From assembly GCA_020061355.1 (NCBI GenBank), contig JAGUYK010000025.1, positions 47,815-111,814 on the forward strand: 64,000 nucleotides of DNA, read 5' to 3'. Below the pieces are notes generated by a model that ran no database searches, was not told the origin of the DNA, and saw only the letters and a program-made list of their open reading frames with translations. Source of the stretch: Ignavibacteriales bacterium. Lineage in GTDB: Bacteria; Bacteroidota; Ignavibacteria; Ignavibacteriales; Melioribacteraceae. The number at the start of each line of letters is the position of its first letter. The first letter of the stretch is position 1. Of this stretch, positions 58,067 through 64,000 are shown one piece after another. The translations under genes were made by a program, and so were the position numbers.

Positions 58067-59392
58067 ATGAAGTTTTTCAAAAAACATATTAACAATTTCT
58101 ATATTTCTCTGCTGTCGATAACAATATTTGCTCTCGTTGCTTTTGTTTTTATTTCACTGATTGGTGAACATTTTTTAATAAAGGAAGAATCAGAAACAAA
58201 AATTTATTTTGTTGATAACATCTCCCCGGGTCACAAGCTTGTAGTAGAAAAGTTTAATCAGTTATATGAAGGTAAAATAAAAGTTATGCCGATTGACCTT
58301 CCCTTCGAAAAATTCAGCACAAATGAGCGGAAGGAATTATTAATCAGGTATCTAAGGAGCAAAAGTGACCGGATAGATATCTTTTCGGTCGATCAAATCT
58401 GGACACAACGCTTTGCTAAATTTGTTGAGCCATTGGGAAACCATTTCCCGGTAAATAAAAGGGAAAAATATCTTGAAGCGGCAATTGAATCCTGCTACTT
58501 CAACGATCAACTGGTAGCCATTCCTCTCTATATTGATATAAGTATAATGTACTATAATAAGGAAGAGCTTCAAAGGCGGGGAAAATATGCCTCTATTAAA
58601 AATGAACTCGATAATTTCATTACGTGGGAGAGATTCATTGAAATAGGGAAAGAATTAAAAACAGGGGTCAATCCATACTATATATTCCCCGCAGCAGATT
58701 ATGAGGGACTTGTATGCAGTTACTTTGAATTATTGGAATCGCAGAATTATAAAATTTTTTCGGGTGATTCTATTAATATTACTTCGAGGGAATCAATAAG
58801 GTCGCTGCAGCTTTTAATCGACCTTGTTCATAAATATAAATTGTCTCCTCCGGATGTTACTGCTTATAAAGAAACTGAAGCCGACCTGAACTTTATTTCA
58901 AAGAATGGAATTTTCCTGAGGAACTGGCCCGGTTTTTACAAATGGTACAGAACCTTTATAAGCGATGATAATCCGGAAGATAAATATGGAATGGCCCCTC
59001 TTCCGCACTTTACGGATTCGAAACCTGCAAGTATAATCGGCGGATGGAACCTGATGATCTCCGCTACATCGAAAAAAAAGACTGCTGCCCTTGAGTTTGT
59101 TAAGTTCTTAAACAGCGAGGAAGCGCAGCTGATAATGTATAATAATAGCGGGTTTCTTCCGGTGATAAAAAGTTTGTATGAGAGCTTGAGTAATAATGAA
59201 GATGCAAAGATCAAATTCTTCAACGATATCTTTAAAACTTATGTTCACAGACCATACTCGGAATTTTATACACGTTATTCGGACGTTATTGCTCACTATA
59301 TGCACCTTGCTATTAAAAATAATTTAAGTGCATATGATGTATTAAAAAAAGCTGAACAGATTATCAACTCAAATCAAATTTTTATAAAGTGA
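58067..59392 (+). CDS. membrane-anchored extracellular solute-binding protein (ABC family-1 sugar-binding type) without cognate permeases
   Basis: N-terminal TM helix. IDIFSVDQIWTQRFAKF, LVAIPLYIDISIMYYN and GGWNLMISATSKKKTAALEFVKFLNSEEAQ are typical of sugar-binding SBPs. No ABC permease or ATPase gene is adjacent. Confidence 0.7.
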   Translation: MKFFKKHINNFYISLLSITIFALVAFVFISLIGEHFLIKEESETKIYFVDNISPGHKLVVEKFNQLYEGKIKVMPIDLPFEKFSTNERKELLIRYLRSKSDRIDIFSVDQIWTQRFAKFVEPLGNHFPVNKREKYLEAAIESCYFNDQLVAIPLYIDISIMYYNKEELQRRGKYASIKNELDNFITWERFIEIGKELKTGVNPYYIFPAADYEGLVCSYFELLESQNYKIFSGDSINITSRESIRSLQLLIDLVHKYKLSPPDVTAYKETEADLNFISKNGIFLRNWPGFYKWYRTFISDDNPEDKYGMAPLPHFTDSKPASIIGGWNLMISATSKKKTAALEFVKFLNSEEAQLIMYNNSGFLPVIKSLYESLSNNEDAKIKFFNDIFKTYVHRPYSEFYTRYSDVIAHYMHLAIKNNLSAYDVLKKAEQIINSNQIFIK

Positions 59393-59395
59393 AAT

Positions 59396-60871
59396 ATGCC
59401 TAAAAAGATTTTTGATAATCTTAGTAAATATCACTTTGAGTTCAAGCACCTATCGGTATTGTTTATCGGATTGATATTATTTCAGTTTATACTTTCACTT
59501 ACCCATAAATCATCTCTCAATTCATTTGTTGAAAAAAGTCAGGAATGGTATCAGAACCACTCAGCAGAAAGATTAGCCGAATTCAGTACTACTTCGCTTG
59601 AATTACTTTTTGAAACTACTATTTTAAAAGCTCCTGCATCTGAAGAAGAAAAAAGAAAGATCATCCATTTTTTTGATATTATTCTTAATCAACAGCTTCT
59701 TCAACAGAATATTGAAGAGATATGTCTTCTTGTTAATGAGGATAAAGCAATCAGGGCAATTGATAACGGCAGGGATTTGTATGAATTTATTTTCTCACAG
59801 AAGTTCGATCCTCTCAGAATCAACAAAGAACACGATGACGCAATCCGTCTTTACCAACAGATAAGTAACGAACTGTATGAAAGAGAACAGGTAATCAATA
59901 TTCTAAAAGATAAAAACGATTATCACATTTTTGTTCCTTTTGTACCGAATGGTGAGTTTGTAGGGGCATTGTATATTAAAAGCACACCCGACTTCTCTTT
60001 TATTCAAAGGGAAATAATATCGAGTTATGAGGAGACATCAATTTTGTATTCGGCTCTCTTTCTGCTTGGTTTAATAAGTATGTATTATATTTCATCTTAT
60101 ACTGTTAAAGAACGGGATGAAGCCCAGAAAATGCTTCTGGAAGAACATGAAAGAAATATAAAGCAGCAATACGATCATGAAAAAGAATCACTCTTTACAA
60201 AAAGGATTTACCACACACATCATAAAGCTGAGAAAGTGATGGGATTTATCAAGGAGGACTTACGTACTCTTTCAGCAGAAAATATTGATGAAATTAAATA
60301 CCGCGTGGGTAAATACTCTAATTTCATTTCACGGGTTATTTATGATATGAAATGGTATGACCCTCCAATTCAAACTATAAGAAATACTTCATTTAATACC
60401 GACTTAAATGAAGTTATTCGTTTTATAGTCGATAACCTTTTTAACAGGACAGCAAAAAAATCAAGTTCCTATGAAATATTATTAAATTTTGACGATAAAG
60501 TTCCCACGATCAATATAAATGAATTTGTTATCTGGGAAATCATAGAACCGCTTATACAAAATAGTCTTGATCATGGTGGGGAAATACCGTTGAAAGTCAA
60601 CATCACTACATCGTATCATCCTGAAAGGAGTATAATAATCTGCGAGATATCTGATAATGGTAAGGGTATTAGTCCGGAAATGCTTAAGATTGACAGCAGA
60701 GGTATAAAAAAGTTATTTCTTGAAAACGTATCAACCAAGAACCAGAAGCATTCAAGCGGTTATGGGTGTTATATTGCATATCAGATTGCTAAAGGAAGGT
60801 GCGGATGGGATATCGATGTTGAAAATAAACCGGAGGGCGGCTGTATTTATAGAATTACAATTCCAAATTAA
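59396..60871 (+). CDS. sensor histidine kinase (two TM segments, atypical H-box)
   Basis: TM helices near residues 20-40 and 210-230. HATPase_c-like C-terminus: EPLIQNSLDHG, SDNGKGI, GYGCYIAYQIAKGRCGWDIDVENKPEGGCIYRITIP. Candidate phospho-His in IYHTHHKAEKVMGF. Confidence 0.7.
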   Translation: MPKKIFDNLSKYHFEFKHLSVLFIGLILFQFILSLTHKSSLNSFVEKSQEWYQNHSAERLAEFSTTSLELLFETTILKAPASEEEKRKIIHFFDIILNQQLLQQNIEEICLLVNEDKAIRAIDNGRDLYEFIFSQKFDPLRINKEHDDAIRLYQQISNELYEREQVINILKDKNDYHIFVPFVPNGEFVGALYIKSTPDFSFIQREIISSYEETSILYSALFLLGLISMYYISSYTVKERDEAQKMLLEEHERNIKQQYDHEKESLFTKRIYHTHHKAEKVMGFIKEDLRTLSAENIDEIKYRVGKYSNFISRVIYDMKWYDPPIQTIRNTSFNTDLNEVIRFIVDNLFNRTAKKSSSYEILLNFDDKVPTININEFVIWEIIEPLIQNSLDHGGEIPLKVNITTSYHPERSIIICEISDNGKGISPEMLKIDSRGIKKLFLENVSTKNQKHSSGYGCYIAYQIAKGRCGWDIDVENKPEGGCIYRITIPN

Positions 60872-62344
60872 ATGAGTGTAACAATGTTAAAAGTAAATCC
60901 AATCAAAGTATTGCTGATAGAAGATGAAGAGTTTGATGTAAGAAGAATTCGAAACACAATAAAACCATTCGAGGATAATATCGAAATAGTTGATATTGCT
61001 TCGGAAGGAAGATATGCGATTGAATTATTGCAGACCAAGAAGAACCGTTATGATCTTGTTATCATGGACTTTCAGATAGCAGGCGGATTAAGAGGCGAAG
61101 CTTTAATAAAAAGAATTAAGGATATTGATCCGTCGATTCAAATTATTGTTATTACAAAAATGACTATTAACATAACTGACTATGATTTTGCCCATAATCT
61201 GCTGGATGCCGGAGCATTCTGGTATTGCACAAAATATCCGGGTGATATTGAAGATTATATTTATCAGCCTACAGACTTTATCATTAGTATTTTTAATGCA
61301 TATGAAAGGGGTCAATTAATAAGAGAAAAACAGAAATCGAACCAGAAGTTCGATATTAATGTAAAAAGCATTCTGGAATCCAGAAAGATTTTAGGAGTTT
61401 CCGAAGTAATAGTAAAGTTGAGAGAACAAATTGGAAATTTTTCAAAAAGTAAGGCACCTGTATTAATAACCGGCCATTCAGGAACAGGGAAAGAACTTGT
61501 TGCATACAACATTCACTATTCAGGTCCGCGTAAATTTGAGAATTTTATTCCGATCAATTGCGGGGGAATTCCGGATCAATTAATAGAAAGCGAACTCTTC
61601 GGCTATGAAAAGGGTGCTTTTACAGGTGCAGATAAAAGTAAGCTGGGTCTCTTTGAGCTGGCAAATAATGGTACAATATTTCTCGATGAAATTTCTGAAT
61701 TACCTTTAACAGCTCAAGTAAAACTATTAAGAATACTTCAAGATGGCGAGGTCGAAAAACTCGGTAGAACCGATAAAACTAAAGTTGATGTTCGGATTGT
61801 TTCGGCAACAAATAAAAATCTGGAGGAGGAGGTTAAAAAGAAAAATTTTAGAGAAGATCTCTACTACCGGCTTAATGTACTCCCGATTAATATGCCTCCT
61901 TTAAGAGAAAGAAAAGGAGATATTTTATTACTGGCCGATTATTTTCTTAACGAGTATTCGATAGATATGGGTAAAGAACCACCTGTGCTTGAAGAGGCGG
62001 CAATTAAAGTCCTTACCGAATATGATTGGCCTGGTAATATCAGAGAATTAAAAAACCTTGTACAAAGATTACTTTTCTATGATGATAAAATCATCACTGT
62101 CCAATTACTTGAAAATGCACTTGGTAAAAAAATATCCGATCTTGAAAATTATTTCGGTAATGAGGGAGTAAGTTTCAGATCACTGCATGGAATCGTTCCT
62201 CTTAAACAGATGGAGAAGACCTTCAGAGAGAAATATTTTAGATTTATCCGGAGTCAGTGCGGTTCCGATTCTGAAGCTGCAAAAAAACTTGGTCTGGCGC
62301 ATCCTAATTATTTAAGAATGTGCAAGGAGCTCGGACTCAAATAA
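60872..62344 (+). CDS. sigma-54-dependent response regulator (REC + AAA+ + Fis-type HTH)
   Basis: REC (VLLIEDEE..., VIMDFQI). AAA+ Walker A GHSGTGKE. GAFTGA loop in ESELFGYEKGAFTGA. Walker B FLDEI. R-finger region RLNVLPINMPPLRERKGDI. C-terminal HTH AAKKLGLAHPNYLRMCKELGL. Confidence 0.9.
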   Translation: MSVTMLKVNPIKVLLIEDEEFDVRRIRNTIKPFEDNIEIVDIASEGRYAIELLQTKKNRYDLVIMDFQIAGGLRGEALIKRIKDIDPSIQIIVITKMTINITDYDFAHNLLDAGAFWYCTKYPGDIEDYIYQPTDFIISIFNAYERGQLIREKQKSNQKFDINVKSILESRKILGVSEVIVKLREQIGNFSKSKAPVLITGHSGTGKELVAYNIHYSGPRKFENFIPINCGGIPDQLIESELFGYEKGAFTGADKSKLGLFELANNGTIFLDEISELPLTAQVKLLRILQDGEVEKLGRTDKTKVDVRIVSATNKNLEEEVKKKNFREDLYYRLNVLPINMPPLRERKGDILLLADYFLNEYSIDMGKEPPVLEEAAIKVLTEYDWPGNIRELKNLVQRLLFYDDKIITVQLLENALGKKISDLENYFGNEGVSFRSLHGIVPLKQMEKTFREKYFRFIRSQCGSDSEAAKKLGLAHPNYLRMCKELGLK

Positions 62345-62449
62345 TTATTAAAGTAATAAGCCCGCTTATTGATTTAATAACTGAATTTGAGAGACCCTGT
62401 CAAATTGTAAATAAATCTTCCGATAGTTACAGAATTAGTAAACTTTTTC

Positions 62450-62465
62450 TGGTATCTATTTTGTA
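62450..62465 (+). promoter_or_regulatory. candidate sigma-54 (-24/-12) promoter
   Basis: TGGTAT-CTATT-TTGTA against consensus TGGCAC-N5-TTGCW. GG and the TTG are at the correct spacing, and the -12 C is replaced by T. About 35 nt upstream of ATG 62500 and directly downstream of the sigma-54 activator gene. Confidence 0.45.
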
Positions 62466-62499
62466 ATCTTTCAGTTTCTCCGAATAAAGGTATCTTAAA

Positions 62500-64000
62500 A
62501 TGAAATCCCTATTCAAAATTATAATTATCAGTTTGTTGTTTTTAATTTCTTACAGTAGATTAATTGCTCAGGTAGGTTCCTTGGAAGCAACACTGAGTTT
62601 GAAAAATGTTAGTGGTATTGTAATTCCGTATCAAAATGGAATTCCACTCCCAACATTTGAGAAACAGAAATCGAGAACTATTATTGATCTATCCGGGGAA
62701 TGGAAGAAACAGCGCTTCAGTGCAAATGATAATTTTTCATTACTAAAAAGAAACAATGATGGAATATCAATAGTTGAAAATGAGGCGGCTGGAAGGCACA
62801 TTAGTAATTATGATGATTCCTCTTGGGAGAAAAAAAATCTTCCTGCAGTAGAAAATGCTCTCACTGAATCAGATGCCCCGGGGGGACTATTCCCCGAAAG
62901 TTATACAGACGGTATCTGGTACAGGCGCAGTTTTAATGTTGATGCCTCAAATTCAGGAAAGTTTGTCAAGCTGATTTTTTATGCCGTTAATTATGTATGC
63001 GATGTGTGGATAAATAATCATTATGTTGGATATCATGAAGGGGGTTACTCATCTTTTGCATTCGATGTAACTCAATATCTCAACTATGGCACACCAAACT
63101 CGATTTCGGTCAGGATTGATAATATCGCGTGGAGTACAAGAAGAGATATTATTCCTTTCAATCAGGTTGACTGGTTTAATTATGCCGGTCTTATCCATGA
63201 TGTTTATCTGGAGATTTCCAATCCGGTATCAGTCATAAGAGCGAATATCATCCCTAAAGATATTCAGGGGAATTTGGAAACAACGGTTGTATTAAATAAT
63301 AATTACAGCGTAAGCTCCAACGTTAAAATAAACATTAACGTTTTTGAAGCAGATGTTAATCAAAATAATATTGAATCGGAATTCGCGAACGACCTTTCCG
63401 GAAGTGAAGTTCAAATTGCCGGTGAATCCGAAAGTGTGTTTAGTATTAATCCAAATGATGCGGCTGTTTGGAAAACAAATATCCAGATTCAGAATCCGAA
63501 TCTATGGTCGATGAAATCACCGAATCTTTATATTCTGAAAGTTACTCTAACATCCGGTTCAAATAAAATTGACGAATACTCTACTCAGTTCGGTATCCGA
63601 ACTGTTGAGGCTCGAGACGGAAAATTTTTGTTGAATAACCGAATTATGTTCTTACCAGGAGTTGCACGGCATGAGGATCACCCCGATTTTGGAAGGAGTC
63701 TTCCTAAAAGAATAATTTATTCTGATCTAGTTACTGTTAAGTCTGTAAATGCAACATATCTTCGTACGGCACATTACCCTAATCATCCATATACTTATCT
63801 TATTGCCGACCGCCTGGGATTAGCAATAATGGAGGAGATCCCTTTGTGGCAATGGGATACGCAGGATGTCTGGGATATTCAGAACAATGCACGAAAAATC
63901 CATCAGCAAATGTTCCGCGAAATGGTCTTCAGGGATTTTAACCGACCATCAATTATAATGTGGAGCACTTCTAATGAATGCCATCTCGACGGTGGGGGAA
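62500..64000 (+). CDS. GH2-family glycoside hydrolase (5' part, runs off the window)
   Basis: I translated this frame by eye from ATG 62500 to the window end and found no stop. Signal peptide MKSLFKIIIISLLFLISYSRLIAQ. GH2 sugar-binding domain WYRRSFNV...VWINNHYVGYHEGGYSSFAFDVT. TIM-barrel start FGIRTVE...FLLNNR..FLPGVARHEDHP, NATYLRTAHYPNHPY, NRPSIIMWSTSNE. Confidence 0.85.
   Translation, partial: MKSLFKIIIISLLFLISYSRLIAQVGSLEATLSLKNVSGIVIPYQNGIPLPTFEKQKSRTIIDLSGEWKKQRFSANDNFSLLKRNNDGISIVENEAAGRHISNYDDSSWEKKNLPAVENALTESDAPGGLFPESYTDGIWYRRSFNVDASNSGKFVKLIFYAVNYVCDVWINNHYVGYHEGGYSSFAFDVTQYLNYGTPNSISVRIDNIAWSTRRDIIPFNQVDWFNYAGLIHDVYLEISNPVSVIRANIIPKDIQGNLETTVVLNNNYSVSSNVKININVFEADVNQNNIESEFANDLSGSEVQIAGESESVFSINPNDAAVWKTNIQIQNPNLWSMKSPNLYILKVTLTSGSNKIDEYSTQFGIRTVEARDGKFLLNNRIMFLPGVARHEDHPDFGRSLPKRIIYSDLVTVKSVNATYLRTAHYPNHPYTYLIADRLGLAIMEEIPLWQWDTQDVWDIQNNARKIHQQMFREMVFRDFNRPSIIMWSTSNECHLDGGG

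Noticed and set aside
1-64000. Search for CRISPR arrays, tRNA/rRNA genes, IS elements, integrases and toxin-antitoxin or other defence genes
   Set aside because: I found no short regularly spaced direct repeats, no cloverleaf-like segments in the larger gaps (6583-7146, 10555-11000, 18555-18836, 47523-47783, 48743-49526), and no transposase- or integrase-like ORFs. This was an inspection by eye only. tRNAscan-SE, Infernal and ISfinder searches would be definitive.

Overview
AT-rich bacterial chromosomal segment with about 60 genes, nearly all on the + strand. Type-A T9SS C-terminal sorting domains (NYPNPFNP...GIYFY...MILLK) on four secreted proteins, together with clear Shine-Dalgarno use, suggest a Bacteroidota/Chlorobiota/Ignavibacteriota-group organism, possibly Ignavibacteria-like (inference only). 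I recognised no rRNA, tRNA, CRISPR array, transposase or phage genes. Left two thirds (1-47.5 kb): an envelope, stress and signalling region. It encodes three DUF3494 (ice-binding-like fold) proteins, one of them a 1507-aa lipoprotein with 9 x 321-bp tandem Ig-like repeats. It also encodes a KaiC homolog followed by MlaE/F/D-like genes, YtxH, DUF948-like, CsbD, PRC-barrel, DUF4398 and OmpA-family proteins. Signalling genes are a CheB-CheR-PAS fusion, a PAS histidine kinase and three closely paralogous NarL/LuxR-type response regulators. A B12-radical-SAM, GT4-fusion and GH130 group closes this part. The most striking signal is a conserved element of about 45 nt present 11 times, always intergenic and always on the coding strand 65-190 nt upstream of a start codon. 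It contains an 11-bp-phased direct repeat (TYCCTTT-TTCA-TCCYTTY). In most copies it ends in a -35-like TTGAAn followed after 17 nt by a TAnnnT -10-like hexamer. This looks like an activator-dependent promoter class defining an undescribed regulon, and the paralogous response regulators are the obvious candidate regulators. Right third (49.5-64 kb): a glycan-utilisation locus with GH3 beta-glucosidase-CBM32-T9SS, two GH144-like glucoamylase-family proteins and a GH2. An orphan solute-binding protein, a histidine kinase and a sigma-54-dependent response regulator sit beside them, with a sigma-54-like promoter upstream of the GH2 gene. A decayed zone (truncated bacterioferritin, no ORFs) separates the two parts.
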